Source: Mobula hypostoma (lineage: Eukaryota). From it: 64,000 nucleotides of DNA. Position 1 is the stretch's first letter; the number at the start of each line of letters is the position of its first letter. The notes under the pieces were generated by a model. That model ran no database searches and was not told the origin of the DNA. It saw only the letters and a list, made by a program, of their open reading frames with translations. Below are positions 22,790 through 37,299 of the stretch, piece by piece. The position numbers and the translations under genes are program-made. The stretch spans positions 3,596,001-3,660,000 of the forward strand of contig NC_086108.1 in assembly GCF_963921235.1 (NCBI RefSeq). The letters are read 5' to 3'.

Positions 22790-24805
22790 AAAGTTCAAAG
22801 TAAGTTTAATATCAAAGTACATACTCATCACCATATACAACCCAGAGATTCATTTTCTTGTGTCCACACTGAATAAATCTATAATAAAATTATAACCATA
22901 ATAAAATCAATGAAAGATTGCACCAACTTGAGCCATCAACCTGTGTGGAAATGATAACAAATATTGCAAATACAAAAAGAAAGAATAATAAAAATAAATA
23001 AATAAGCAATAAATGTCAAGAACGTGTGATGAAGAGTCCATAAAAATGAGTCCATAGATTGTAGGAACATCTCCAAGATAGGCAAATGAAATTACCTCTT
23101 TTAGTTCAAAAGCCTGATGGTTGAGGGTGTGAGACATGAGACTCCTGGACCTTCTTCCTGATGGCAGCAGTGAGAAGGGAGCATGTCCTGGGTGGTACAG
23201 GTCCCTGATGATGGATACTGCGTTCCTGTGACAACTCTCCATGTAGATGTGCTCAATAGTGGGACGGGCTTTACCCATGATGGACTGGGCTGTATCCACT
23301 AATTTTGTGGGGTTTTCAGTTCAAGGGCACTGGTGTTTCCATACCAACCTGTGATGCAGTCGGTCAATACACTCTCCACGACACATCTATAAAAGCTTGT
23401 CAAAGTTTTAGATGTCATGATGGATCGTCACAAACTCCTGAGGAAGTAGAGGTGCTTCTGTGCTTTCTTCATATTGGCATTTACGTGCTGGGCCCAGGAC
23501 AGGTCCTCTGAAATAAAAACACTAAGGGATTTAAAGTTGCTAAACCTCTCCACCTCTGATCTTCCGATCAGGACCGACTCATAGACTTCTGATTTCCTCC
23601 TCCTGAAGTCAACATGTGCGCAGCCCTCTGGTGAAAAATGATATCGTATCTGTTAAATAGGGGCTGTGGACAATTCTGATTTGATGGAGATGGATGTGAA
23701 AGCACAGAGGAACATCTGGAGAAATTTCTGAAACGCCAGTTCGCTGCTGTTGTTACTGCGCGGTCGGGAATCTTCCAGAGGGAAGGCCTCAAAATCCCCG
23801 GCTTTGCGGGCTGTTGGTGACCAAGATTGAGGTCGAATCATTCGGACAGAGATGGCGCTCAGTACTCGGTGTTGGAGAACTGATCGGAGGCTCGAAGTTT
23901 TTGGACAACTCAGAGTCGGACTGTGGTCAGCATGGCAGGGAGAGTTTTTCTTCCTTCTCCCGTCTGCGTGAGATGTGGGACATTTGAGAGACTTTGAACT
24001 TTTTACTGTGCTCATGAACTTCTTCATCAAGTTATGGTATTGTTGCACTGTTGTAACTATATGTGGTTTTGTTAGTTTTTTCAGTCTTGGTCTGTCCTGT
24101 GTTTTGTGATATCACACCGGAGGAAATATTGTATCATTTCTTAATGCATGCATTACTAATTGACAATAAAAGAGGACTGTGTGTCTTCATAATCTAATCA
24201 GCTCCTTAATCTTGCTGACTTTGTGTTAGAGTTTTGTGGCATCACTCAGCCAGATTTTCAATCTCCTTCCTCGATGCTGATTAATCACCACCTTTGATTT
24301 GGCCAACAGTGGTGTCATCAGCAAACTTGAATACTTCACTGAAGCTGTGCTCAGCCAAACAGTCATAGGTGTAACGTGAGTAGAGCAGGGGGCTAAGCAC
24401 ACAGCCTTGTGGTGCACCTGGGCTGATGGGGATTCTGGAGAAGATGTTGTTGCCAATCTGAACTGACCGGGGTCTGCAGGTGAGGAAATCAAAGATCCAA
24501 TTGCACAGGGAGTTGTCGAGGCCAGGGTTTTGAAGCTTATTGATTAGCTTTGAGGGGCCGATTGTATTGACTGCCAAGCTGTTGTCAGTGAAGATCTTCC
24601 TGGTGCATGCACCTTTGCTGTCCAGATGTTCCAGGATTGAGTGAAGACCCAGTGAAACAGCATCTGCCGTGGACCTGCTGCTCTGGTAGGCAAATTGGAG
24701 CGGATCTGAGTCACTACTCAGACAGGAGTTGATATGTTTCATCACCAACCTCTCAATACACTTTACCACCATGGATGTAAGTGGTACTGGGCAGTAGTCA
24801 GACAA
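22790..24805 (-). mobile_element. Degenerate Rex1/L2-like LINE with a nested retroposon
   Basis: ORF 24281-24847 ([25 protein letters not shown]) and ORF 22907-23299 (C-terminus). Confidence 0.85.
23613..24198 (+). mobile_element. Non-coding retroposon, copy 2 (slightly 5'-truncated)
   Basis: Same body and TAATC tail as copy 1. Interrupts the host LINE between ...ctgaagtcaac and agctcctt... Confidence 0.85.
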
Positions 24806-25976
24806 ACTCCTTACAGAATCCTGACTGGTGCTGTAAATCTTTGCCACGGACTGTGCTTTGTTGTTTCATTATCGTCCACACAAGTCCTGCTGTCTGTAAG
24901 GAGTTTTTCAAGTTCTCCTCCTGGCCTCGTGGGTTTCCTCTGGGTGCTCCAGTTTCCTCCCATATTCCAAAGATGTACCGGTTAGTAAGTTAACTGGTCA
25001 TTGTAACTTCTCATGTGATTGGTGGTGGTTGTCTGTCGTGTCTGACGATGACAGGGAGAGTTTTTAAAATGGAAAAGCCATTGGGGCGGTTCCACTCCCT
25101 CGACCTCAGAAGTCCGAGTTCAGTGGTATAAACAACTGTCACACACTGGGGTGTCCATGATATCTTCTGCGCTTTGTTATGCCTTTCGCTCTCCACGGAG
25201 CGTTGCAGAACGGCCTTCCTGGCTGCTGGATATCACTGTAGATCTCATCTGCCCAGTCTGCCAGAGCTGACTTCTCATGCTAGGACAGGCCTGTCCCTAC
25301 CTCACTGAGAGGTGAGGATGCCAGCCACCCTTTGCTGGTTCAGTCCACCTGTCGAAGTGATGTACCGGGGTGTGGCCAGTGTCACATGCAAACAGCTACT
25401 TGGAGTCCCGGGTGAGAGCTGAGTGCCCGGTGGGGATGAAAGGAGTCCCAGAATGGACACGACAAGCCCCTTCACCCTGGACACCCCATGTACCCCACTC
25501 CAAGGGTTAAATAGGTGGATTGGCTTGTTGGGTGGGAAGGACCTGTTCTGTGCTGTACCTCTAAATAAATAAATGATTTTCCCTTCCTGCTCCCCCCTCC
25601 CCCCACAGATGCCGCTGACTTTCCGGGTTCCTCCTGCCCGTTTCTTGTTGCACGGGACCGTATGCTTGCCAGTTATCCAGAGGGGTGAAGCCCAGCCCTA
25701 TCAACCCTGGGGGAGCTCCACACTCTGTCCCACTGAGGTACCTCCGTCAACACCACCCAGATACCAGAACCCTCCAACAAGAAGGACAAAGGTTTCTAGC
25801 ACATGGGAGAACTCACTCCCACAGGAGCACCACCAAGTCACGCAGGATGCTGACTCGTAATTCCATCTTTCACTGGAATGCCGGAATGCCATTGCCATCA
25901 CGCCCTCCCGGCATGGAGCACCTTCCCATGAATCACTGAGCTTCAAGAAGATGACTCCTTACCCGCACGAAGGTAA

Positions 25977-26755
25977 CAATAGACAATAGACAATAGGTAC
26001 AGGAGTAGGCCATTCGGCCCTTCGAGCCAGCACCGCCATTCACTGTGATCACGGCTGATCATCCATTATCAGTATCCAGTTCCTGCCTTATCCCCATAAC
26101 CTTTGATTCCACTATCTTTAAGAGCTCTATCCATCTCTTTCTTGAAAGCATCCAGAGACTTGGCCTCCACAGCCTTCTGGGGCAGAGCATTCCATATATC
26201 CACCACTCTCTGGGTGAAAAAGTTTTTCCTCAACTCCGTTCTAAATGGCCTACCACCAATTCTTAAACTGTGGCCTCTGGTTCTGGACTCACCCATCAGG
26301 GGGAACACGCTTCCTGCCTGCAGCGTGTCCAATCCCTTAATAATCTTATATGTTCCAATCAGGTCCCCTCTCAGCCTTCTAAATTCCAGAGCATACAAGC
26401 CCAGTCGCTCCAATCTTTCGACATATGACAGTCCCGCCATCCCGGGAATTAACTTTGTGAACCTACGCTGCACTCCCGCAATAGCAAGAATGTCCTTCCT
26501 CAAATTTGGAGACCAAAACTGCACACAGTACTCCAGGTGTGGTCTCACCAGGGCCCTGTACAGCTGCAGAAGGACCTCTTTGCTCCTATACTCAACTCCC
26601 CTTGTTATGAAGGCCAGCATACCATTAGCTTTCTTCACTGCCTGCTGTACCTGCATGCTTGCTTTCAGTGACTGATGAACAAGGACACCCAGATCTCGTT
26701 GTACTTCCCCTTTTCCTAACTTGACTCCATTTTGATAATAATCTGCCTTCCTGTA
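25977..26755 (-). mobile_element. Young CR1 3' fragment
   Basis: Uninterrupted 234-aa ORF closely similar to the intact ORF2 C-terminus, with a (CTATTGT)n tail. Confidence 0.95.
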
Positions 26756-26995
26756 ACGAGGGGTGTGTAACAAATCAGGCTGTAAGACATGGGAGCAGAA
26801 TTAGGCTGCACTGCCATTACATCACTGCTCGTTTATTATGCTTCTCAACCCCATTCTCCTGCCTTCGCCCCATAACCTTTGACACCCTGACCAATCAAGA
26901 ACCTATCAACCTCCAGTTTAAATACGCCCAATGACTTGGCCTTCACAGTTGTCAGTGCTTCACAATTCCACTGTTTCATCAGCCTTTGTCTAAAG

Positions 26996-27122
26996 GAGAG
27001 AGAGAGAGAGAGAGAGAGAGACAGTCAGGGAGAGACAGTGTGAGAGACAGAATGAGAGAGCAAGAAAGAGGCACAGAGAGAGAGAGAGAGACTGAGCGAG
27101 AGAGAGAGAGAGAAATAGGGAC

Positions 27123-27153
<31 letters not shown>

Positions 27154-27260
27154 AAGTGAGAGATAGTGTATGAGAAAGTGAAAGAAAGACAGCATGAGAG
27201 AGAGCGAGAAAGAGAGGCAGAGAGAGAGAAAGGGGACAGTGAGAGAGAGAGAGAAAAGAC
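26996..27260. repeat. (GA)n-rich low-complexity tract
   Basis: Read directly. Confidence 0.9.
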
Positions 27261-28214
27261 ATAAAAGGGATGAAAGGTGTTGCTTTGTGAACTATCTTGA
27301 AGATGTCACCTTCGGTAGTGTTGTTCACTGACACAGCCTTAGCCATTTCTACACTGGGAAAATACCTCTGACTGTTACCATCTTGTACACCTCTGTCAAG
27401 TCATCCTCCTTCACTCCAGAGATAAAAACACGAGCTCGTACAAAAATAATACACTCATCTTTAATCAAACAGCTTCTTACTCAATCTTTTCACATTTCTC
27501 ATACATTGACCACTGGTTATGCGACCAGTGATACCAAGCAGACAATCTCTGAAGAGTATTGATGATGGCTGGGGTGGGGAGGGATGTTACACGTCTTGTA
27601 AAGACACTGCCCAGAAAAAGGCAATGGTAAACCACTTCTGTAGGAAAAAGTTAGCCAAGAACAATCATGGTCAATGAACAATGACCAGGACATTACATGC
27701 CTCCTGCTACATACACATTTAGCTTATTGTAAAGCACTCTGGGATTATGCAGGTTGCATTTTGTCACATTACAAGATTAGATACATAAAAACCTCAAAGT
27801 TTTGAATATATTTTCACGATGTGCAGGAGAATAGAGGGAGGTTGGGTTGATAGGTGTAATCAGGCAGCCATCATACACTTGAAGAGTCTCCTTCACTGTA
27901 TGCTCATTCACTCATTATGTGCCCTGTCATACGACGTAGGCAATCATCACCTCTCTCTTTTCATTTCAAGGTGGCTGGCGTCCTGTCAGATTCCTTGATC
28001 CACAGCTGCAGCTAAACTATGGTCCTCCATGGTGTGGGTTCTCATTCTTGCTGTACGGCCTGACATTTCAATATCTCAAAGAGCGGCCTGGAAGACATGC
28101 GCATGACCCAGTTCCTCAACGATTCCACTGACTGAAGTGTCATGGGAGACAGAAACAGCGAGACGGCTGGCGGTGTGTGCTGTTATTGGAAGCAGGCCCC
28201 AGTGCTTGAGGGAT

Positions 28215-28221
28215 TCTCTCT

Positions 28222-28268
<47 letters not shown>

Positions 28269-28632
28269 CCTCTCTCTCTCTCTCTCTATCTCTCTCCCTC
28301 TCTCTCTCCCTCTCTCTCCCTCTCTCTCTCTTCCTCTCTCTCTCCCCCTCTCTCTCCCTCTCTCCCCCTCTCCCTCTCTCTCTCCCTCTCTTCCTCTCTC
28401 TCTCCCCCTCTCTCTCCCTCTCCATCTCTCTCTCTCCATCTCTCTCTCTCCCCCTCTCCCTCTCTCTCTCCCTCTCTTCCTCTCTCTCTCCCCCCCTCTC
28501 CCTCTCTCTCTCCCTCTCTCTCTCTCTCTCCCTCTCTCTCTCCCTCTCTCTCTCTCTCTCCCTCTCTCTCTCCCTCTCTCTCTCCCACTCTCTCTCTCTC
28601 TCTTCCTCTCTCTCCCCCTCTCCCCCTCTCCC

Positions 28633-28663
<31 letters not shown>

Positions 28664-30186
28664 CCCTCTCTCTCTTCCTCTCTCTCTCTCTCTCTCTCTC
28701 CCTCTCTCTCCCTCTCTCTCTCCCTCTCTCTCTTCCCCTCTCTCTCTCTCCCCCTCTCTCTCCCTCTCTCTCTCCCTCTCTCTCTCTCCCCCTCTCCCTC
28801 TCTCTCTCCCTCTCTTCCTCTCTCTCCCCCTCTCCCTCTCTCTCTCCCTCTCTCTCTCCCTCTCTCTCTCCCTCTATCTCTCTCTCCCTCTCTCTCTCCC
28901 ATTCTCTCTCTCTCCCTCTCTCTCTCCCTCTCTCTCTCCCTCTCTCTCTCTCCCTCTCTCTCTCCCTCTCTCTCTCTTTCTCTCTCTCCCCCCTCTCTCT
29001 CTCTCCCCCTCTCTCTCTCTCCCCCTCCCTCTCTCTCTCTCCCTCTCTCTCTCCCTCTCTCTCTCTCTCCCCCCCTCTCTCTCCCTCTTCCCTATCTCTC
29101 TCCCTCTCCCTCTCCCTCTCCCTCTCTCTCTCTCCCTCTCTCTCCCTCTCTCTCTCTCTCTCTCCCTCTCTCTTCCTCTCTCTCTCTCTCCCTCTCTCTC
29201 CCTCTCTCTCTCTCCCTCTCTCTCTCCCTCTCTCTCTCTCTCTCCCTCTCTCTCTCCCTGTCTCTCTCTCCCTCTCTCTCTTTCTCCTTCTCTCTCTCCC
29301 TCTCTCTCTCTCCCTCTCTCTCTCCCTCTCTCTCTCCCTCTCTCTCTCTCTCTCTCCCTCTCTCTCTCCCTCTCTCTCTTCCTCTCTCTCTCTCCCCCTC
29401 TCTCTCCCTCTCCCTCTCCCTCTCTCTCTCTCCCCTCTCCCTCTCTCTCTCCCTCTCTTCCTCTCTCTCCCCCTCTCCCTCTCTCTCTCCCTCTCTCTCT
29501 CCCTCTCTCTCTCCCTCTCTCTCTCCCTCTCTCTCTCTCTCCCTCTATCTCTCTCTCTCTCTCTCTCTCTCCCACTCTCTCTCTCCCTCTCTCTCTCTCT
29601 CCCTCTCTCTCTCTCTCCCTCTCTCTCTCCCTCTCTCTCTCTCCCTCTCTCTCCCTCTCCCTCTCCCTCTCTTTCTCTCTCTCCCCCCTCTCTCTCTCTC
29701 CCCCTCTCTCTCTCTCTCCCCCTCCCTCTCTCTCTCTCTCCCTCTCTCTCTCCCTCTCTCTCTCCCTCTCTCTCTCTCCCCCTCTCTCTCTCTCCCTCTT
29801 CCCTATCTCTCTCCCTCTCCCTCTCCCTCTCTCTCTCTCCCTCTCTCTCCCTCTCTCTCTCTCCCTCTCTCTCCCTCTCTCTCTCTCTCTCCCTCTCTCT
29901 CTCCCTCTCTCTCTTTCTCCTTCTCTCTCTCCCTCTCTCTCTCTCCCTCTCTCTCTCCCTCTCTCTCTCTCTCTCTCCCTCTCTCTCCCCCTCTCTCTCC
30001 CTCTCTCTCTCCCTCTCTCTCTCTCTCCCTCTCTCTCTCTCCCTCCCTCTCTCTCTCTCCCTCTCTCTCTCTCTCTCCCCCCTCTCTCTCTCTCCCTCTC
30101 TCTCCCTCTCCCTCTCTCTGTCTCCCTCTCTCTCTTCCTCTCTCTCTCTCTCTCTCCCTCTCTCTCCCTCTCCTCTCTCCCTCCCT

Positions 30187-30230
<44 letters not shown>
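28215..30230. repeat. ~2-kb polypyrimidine (CT/CCCT) microsatellite
   Basis: Almost only C and T on the + strand. Source of the ~700-aa S/L/P and E/R/G pseudo-ORFs. Confidence 0.98.
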
Positions 30231-30232
<2 letters not shown>

Positions 30233-31149
30233 CGATCGTGAGTAAGAGCCTGTCAGTGCTTGAGTTGGCGGACTTGGAGAAGCGACACAACAGATTGTAA
30301 CATTGAAGCTGCTGGTCCCCTGCTTTTGTTCTAGGAGTGACCTCTCTCTTTCCCTCGTAAGGGAGAGCCTGTCTGAGTACCGAACTGTTGGGTTATGGAC
30401 AGTAGTTTTTGATGGGCTCTAGATCAAAGTCTCCTTGGGGGCTTGCTATTGCTTGCACGGTGGAAGGGGGGATGCGGTCGGTGCTTTTCCTGGTGAAAGT
30501 GAGGAGAGGGGGAGGGTTGATGTTTTTGCTACTGTTTGTGCATGGTGGGAGCGGGAGCTTTGGGTTCTGACATTTCTGTCAGTCATTCTTTGGGGATTTT
30601 TCTGTTTTGTGGATGTCTGTGAAGACTAAGAATTTCAGGTTGTATACTGGAAACATTCTCTGATACTAAAGTGAACCAGTGAACCATTGCTAATTTTGGA
30701 AAAGAATTTAATCTAAGGCCTGAATAACGATAGTTAATATTTTATCAAGCTAAAACATCCTCTCTCCACAGAAACTGCCTGACTTGCTGAGTTTTCTAAA
30801 ACATTCGTTGTTCTTATCTCAGAGTTTCAGTACTTTTTGCATTTGAGCAGTCTGATCGGGGCGATTGTTGCGGACTGGAGCGCTCTGGTGAAGAACAGTC
30901 CTGCACCCTGCATTGGCTCGAGGTACGACACGACGCTGAGCTGAACTACGCTGGATACTACTGCAATTCTGCTTTGATGTTTGGTATTCTCTGTGTCGTC
31001 TGCTCGCTTTCTGGCGTTTAAGCAATTTGCTTTTTTATGTTTGATGTCTTCTTGAATGGGTTCCATGTATTTCTTTATTTTGTGGTTGTCTGCAGGAGGA
31101 TGAACCTCAGAGTTGTATTCTGTATACATACTTTGATATTAAGTATCAA

Positions 31150-31838
31150 AGGGGAGGAGAAGTTGGCAGCGTGACGCAGCGTGCGTGGCCGCTCTGAATT
31201 GATATCGTATTTGTGAACTAGGATGCCGTGCACAGTCCTGATTTGATGGAGACAGCCGTGAGGAGCACAGATGAACATCTGGAGAAACTTCTGAAATGCC
31301 TGCTTTGCTGCTGCTGCTACTGTGCGATCGAGAATCTCCGGAGGGGAAGGCCCCAAATCCCTGACTTTACCTATTGCCCGTTGCCAGGGCCGGGGTCGAA
31401 GTGCTCGGCAGAGATGGTGCTCGGTGCTCGGTGTCGGAGGGCTGGTCGGAGGCTCGAAGTTTTCGGACGGACTCAGAGTCGGACTGTGGTCGGGTGCTTC
31501 CAGGATGCTGCATCGGCAAGTTTGCGGCGCTGGAAGCTCATGGCAGGAAGAGTTTTTCTCCCTTCAACTGTCTGTGTGAGATTATGGGACTTTCTAGAAA
31601 CTTTGAGACTTTTTACCGTGCCCATGGTCTGTTCTTCATCAAATTACGGTATTGCTTTGCACTGTTGTAACTATATGTTATAATTATGTGGTTTTTGTCA
31701 GTTTTTTTAGTCTTGGTTTGTCTTGTGTTTCTGTGATATCATTCTGGAGGAACAAATTGTATCATTTCTTGATGCATGCATTACTAAATGACAATAAAAG
31801 AGGACTACGTGTCCTCATAATCTAATAATCTAATCTAA
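31150..31838 (+). mobile_element. Non-coding retroposon, copy 3
   Basis: gagaagttggcagcg...gacaataaaagaggactacgtgtcctcataatctaataatctaatctaa. Confidence 0.85.
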
Positions 31839-32029
31839 AATATACTTTGAATCTTTGAACTTGCAGTGTTGTCATTTCTGTTCTGAATTACACCTTAGAA
31901 CAGGGCAGCACAGTACAGGCCCCGCAGCCCACAATGTTGTGTCAACCTTTTAACCAACTCCAAGACCAACCTAGCCCTTCCCCCCTACATAGTCCTCCGA
32001 TTTTCTATCCTCTATGTTTCTTCAGTGAT

Positions 32030-33247
32030 GAGGAGCACAAAGGTGAGGTCAAGGGAGGCGGAGGAGTGCTTACAGGACAGCTTTGAGTTGGTGGCCTGGA
32101 CAAGGTTCAGGGTTTCATCTTTGAATCCGAATGGATACAAAAACAATGGTCACCGACTTCATTGAGATCTCTGTCAATGAGGGAGTGCCTTCAAGAACAT
32201 ACTGGACATACCCAAACCAGAAGCTGTCGGTGACCCGGGAGATTCACAGTCTGCTAAGGGCTAGATCTGTGGCATCCAAGACCAGTGATTCAGAACTATA
32301 CAAATTGGCCAGGTACGATCTATGGAGGGCTACTTTAAGAGCAAAAAGAACTCTGTTTAGAAGTTAGTGATGGAATTGGATTCACATCAGCTCTAGCAGG
32401 ATTTGCAGGCCCATTATTCCCTACAAAGCGAAACCTAACATCATGAATGACAGTGTTATTTCACTCCCGGATGACCTCAACACCTTTCGTGCACACTTTG
32501 AAAGAGAGAACAGAACTCCAACTGTGTGAATCCCTGCAGCATCTGGTGATCCTGTGACCTCAGTCTCAGAGGCCGATGTCAGAACATCTTTCGTGAGAGT
32601 GAACACTCACAAGTTGTCAGGCCCTAAAGGTGTACCTGGTAAGGCTCTGAAAATCTGTGCCAACCAGCTGGTGGGAGAGTTCAATCTCTCACTGTTGCAA
32701 TCGAAGGCTCCCACCTACTTCAGAAGGGTGACAATCATACCCGTGCCCAAGAAGAACAGGGTGAGCTGCCTCAACGACTATCGCCCAGTTGCATTCATAT
32801 CTACTGTGAAGAAGTGCTTTGGGAGGTTGGTCATGGCCAGAATCAACTCCTGCCTAAGCAAGGACCTGGACCCACTGCAATTTGCCTATCACCTCAATAG
32901 GTCTATAGCAAACTCCACTTGGCCTTGGATCAGTTGCACAGTAGCAATAGCCACATCAGACTATTATTTAGGTGTCAGGCTATTGTTTATTGATTACAAC
33001 TCAGCATTCAACACAATCACAACCTCAGTTCCAATCAACAAGCTCCAAAACCTGGGCCTTTGTACCTCCATCTGCAACTGGGTTCTCGACTTCCTCACCA
33101 GGAGACCCCAGACTGTGCAGATCAGAAATAACATCTCCTCGCTGACAATAACACCAGCACACCCCAACGATGTGTGCTTAGACCACCGCTCTGCTCTCTC
33201 TACACCCAGGATTGTGTAGCTAGGCACAGCTCAAATGTCATCTGTAA
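32030..33247 (+). mobile_element. Degenerate Rex1/L2-like LINE RT fragment
   Basis: ORF 32554-33219: CLNDYRPVAF, LDPLQFAY, LFIDYNSAFNTI. Confidence 0.88.
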
Positions 33248-33248
33248 A

Positions 33249-34007
33249 ACACACACACACTCACTCACACACACTCACACACACACACACTCACACACAC
33301 TCACACACACACACACACACTCACTCACACACACACTCACTCACACACACACTCACTCACACACACTCACACACACACACACACTCACACACACACACTC
33401 ACTCACACACACTCACACACACACACTCACTCACACACACACACTCACTCACACACACTCACACACACACACTCACACACACACACACTCACTCACACAC
33501 ACACTCACTCACACACACTCACACACACACACTCACACACACACACACTCACTCACACACACTCACACACACACACACTCACTCACACACACAATCACTC
33601 ACACACACACACACTCACTCACACACTCACACACACACACACACTCACTCACACACACTCACTCACACACACTCACTCACACACACACACTCACTCACTC
33701 ACACACACTCACACACACACTCACTCACACACACACTCACTCACACACACTCACACACACACACTGACACTCACACACACACTCACTCACACACACTCAC
33801 TCACACACACACTCACTCACACACACTCACACACACACGCACTCACTCACTCACACACTCACTCACACACACTCACACACACACACACTCACACACACAC
33901 ACACTCACACACATACACACACTCACTCACACACACACTCACTCACACACACACACACACTCACACACACACACACACTCACACACACACACTCACTCAC
34001 ACACTCA

Positions 34008-34044
<37 letters not shown>

Positions 34045-34512
34045 ACACACACACTCACACACACACTCACTCACACACACACACACTCACTCACACACTC
34101 ACTCACACACACTCACACACACACACACACTCACTCACACACACTCACACACACACACACACTCACACACACACTCACTCACACACTCACTCACACACAC
34201 ACACACACACTCACTCACACACACACTCACTCACACACTCACTCACACACACTCACACACACACTCTCACACACACACACACACAACACACCAACAAACA
34301 CATACACAGAAACACACACACACACGCACACAGACACACAAACACCACACACACACTACACACACAAAACACACACACACGCACAAACACACCTGCAAAC
34401 GCATACACAGACACACACAGACACACACACACACACACAGTACACAGAGAAGCACACCTCACACACATTCATGGACTCTACACTCATATACACACACATA
34501 CTCTGACACACA
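33249..34512. repeat. ~1.26-kb (CA)n/(CACT)n microsatellite
   Basis: Read directly. Source of the His/Thr pseudo-ORFs. Confidence 0.98.
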
Positions 34513-35602
34513 CAACCATTGATGAAGAACAGAGGATCCAGGGTTTACACTTATCGAGTCATTCGGACTTGGATAAGTATCAAGCTGGGCTGATCTGAAC
34601 TGAGTCTGACACACAGAGGAGAATCCCATCAGGATGGGTGTCTCATTCTAACAGAACAGCCCATGAATTAACCCAGTCTTGATTGTCTGCAGCTGAAGAA
34701 AGGTAGATGTTCAAGGTCATAGGGGCGTCTTTTTATGCTAAAGATTGTGTCCGTCTTTCCCTCAACCCTTGAAAAAGGAGTGAGAGAAAGAGAGGGAGAG
34801 AGTGAGAGTCAAAGAGGGAGAGGTGAAGAGAAAGAAGGATAGAGTAAGAGGGGGGGAAAGATAGAGCAAGGTGCAGAGAGAGAGGGGAAAGAGGGAGAGA
34901 GGGAGGAGGGAGTGAGAGGGGGAGTGAGAGAATGTGAGAGAGGGAGAGAGGGGAAGGAAGAGGAGGAGAGAGAGAACAAATGAGGGGGGAGAAAGAGGGA
35001 GAGGGGATTGAGGGGAAGTGATAGAATGTGAGAGAAAGGGGAGAGAAAGGGGATAGAGAGGTAGGGATAACAGAAGTGGAAAGAAGGAAAGAGAGGGAGG
35101 GAGTGTAGGAGAGAGGGAAAGAGCAAGGGACAGATGGAAAGAGGAAGAGAGGAAGGGACTGTAGAGGTCTGAGTTTTCTCCTGGAATGTGGCTGTGGGAC
35201 TGATAGGATATCTGTCATCAGTAACTACAATATAACCCACGCTGTGGCTAAAAATTCCTTAGTTTGAGTTTACAGAACCTTCATTCAGGGATAAAGGGTT
35301 GAAAGCTCAGCTCCTGATGTAGACACGTGGCTGTGTTAATACCCTAATCCTCTGGTCTACAAGCTCCTGCTTCCTTAGATCCAGCGTCCATGTGACAGGG
35401 CTCGTGCTGTGGATTGCCGGGCTGGGCAGCGCCAGGGTCCCAGCACCAGAGAACCAAGAACAAAAACCTTGACGTATCAGCTGACCTGCGGAATACTCGT
35501 TCGTTTATGTTGCTTGGCAAAGAGGGCGGATAACTTCACTCACAGCAACTTACGGACTCACTTTCAACGTCTCTACAACTCATGTTCTCAGTATAATAAG
35601 AC

Positions 35603-36330
35603 CATAGGACCATAAGATATAGGAGCAGAATTAGACTATTTGTCCCATCGAGTCTGCTCCACCATTTCGTCATGGCTGATCCATTTTCTCTATCATCCCC
35701 AAACCCCTGCCTTCTCCCTCTATGTCTTCATGGCTTGACTGATCAAGAATCTATCAACCTCTGCCTTAAATATACCCAATGACTTGGCCTCCACAGCTGC
35801 CTGTGGCGATGAATTCCACAGAGTCACCACTCTCTGACTGAAGAAATTCCTCCTCATCATCGTTCTAAAAGGACGTCTCTCTGTTCTGAAGCTGTGTCCT
35901 CTGGTCCCAGATACCCGTCCTCCCAGCGCCACATCCATTCTGTCAAGGCCTTTCAGCCTTTGATAGGTTTCAATGAGGTCACCCATCATTCTTCTGAATT
36001 CTGTGAGTACAGACCCAGAGCCATAAAATGCTCTTCAAATGACAAGTGGAAATATTTCCGTGAACTAACTTTCAATCCTCTCTGATGTCAGGACATTCTT
36101 TCTAAGGGTCTAAATGATTACTCTAAATGAGGCCTCACCAGTGCTTTATAAAGCCTCAACATTACATCCTTGCTTTTATATTCTAGTGCTCTTGAAATGA
36201 ACGTTAACATTGCATTTGCCGTCCTCACCACAGACTCAACCTGCAAATTAGTCTTTAGGGAATCCTGCACAAGGACTCCCAAGTCCCTTTGCACCTCAGA
36301 TTTTTGGAATGTTCTCTCCATTTAGAAAAT
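35603..36330 (-). mobile_element. CR1 3' fragment with an internal deletion
   Basis: EVQRDLGVLV...LYKALVRPHLE and GDLIETY...RNFFSQRVV. Confidence 0.85.
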
Positions 36331-37299
36331 AGTTTCTTCTACCATTATGTATGGATAGAAATGTATTCATTTGTCTATTTATTTATTTATTTATTTATTT
36401 ATTTGTTTGTTTGTTTATTTATCTATTTACCTCTCTACCTATTGGCTGCATCATGGCCTGGTTTGGAAACACCAATGCCTTTGAATGATATATCCTACAA
36501 AAAGTAATGAATTTGGCTCAGAATCCTCCCAACGATTGAGCACATCTACACAAAATGCTGTTGCAGGAAAGCAGCATCCATCGTCAGAGATCCTCACCAC
36601 ATGGGCCACACTCTCTTCTCACTGCCGCCATCAGGTAGAAGGTACAAGAGCCTCAGGACTTGCATCACCAGGTACAGTAACATAAGGCTCAATCATAAGG
36701 CTGTTGAAGAAATGGGGATAACTACATTCACTTGCCCTTCTATTGAGATGTTCTCATAACCGATGATCTGACTTTAAGGATTCTTTATTTCATTGTCTCA
36801 TGTTCTGTTCCTCATTACTGTCTATTTATATTTGCATTTGCACAGTTTGTTGTCTTCTGCACTCTGGTTGATCTTTCATTGATCCTGTTACAGTCACTAT
36901 TCTACAGATTTGCTGAGTATGCCCACAAGAAAATGAATCTCAGGGCTGTATATGGAGACGTATATGTACTTTGTTACTGGAACTTACTTTGGTCTTTGTT
37001 CCATTCAATGATTTATCTACTTATTTACTTATTTGCAGTTTGTCTTCCTTTGCACATCAGTTGTTGTCGTCTTTGCGAGTCATTTTTCACTGATTCTATC
37101 GTATTTCTTTCTTTTAAAGTTCAAAAAAGTCCAGAGTTCTTTGTTTTACTGTGAATGTCTACAAGAAAATTCACCTCAATGTAATTCGTGGTGACAGACG
37201 TACTTTGATAATAAATTACACTGAACTTTGGTAAGCCACAGTTGCTTATTCCCTCTTGCCAGACCTGTCGACCAGTCGGTGTTTGGGATTGATTAGCAA

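Noticed and set aside
27950..28140. Plus-strand acceptor ctctctcttttcatttcaag|G as a host exon
   Set aside because: Adjacent to an RTE-type 3' tail on the minus strand; better explained as a decayed RTE fragment.
28137..30290. ~700-aa Ser/Leu/Pro and Glu/Arg/Gly ORFs
   Set aside because: Stop-free reading of a CT microsatellite.
33174..34506. His/Thr-rich and Cys/Val-rich ORFs (also 15304-16329 and 17252-17583)
   Set aside because: Translations of CA/TG microsatellites.
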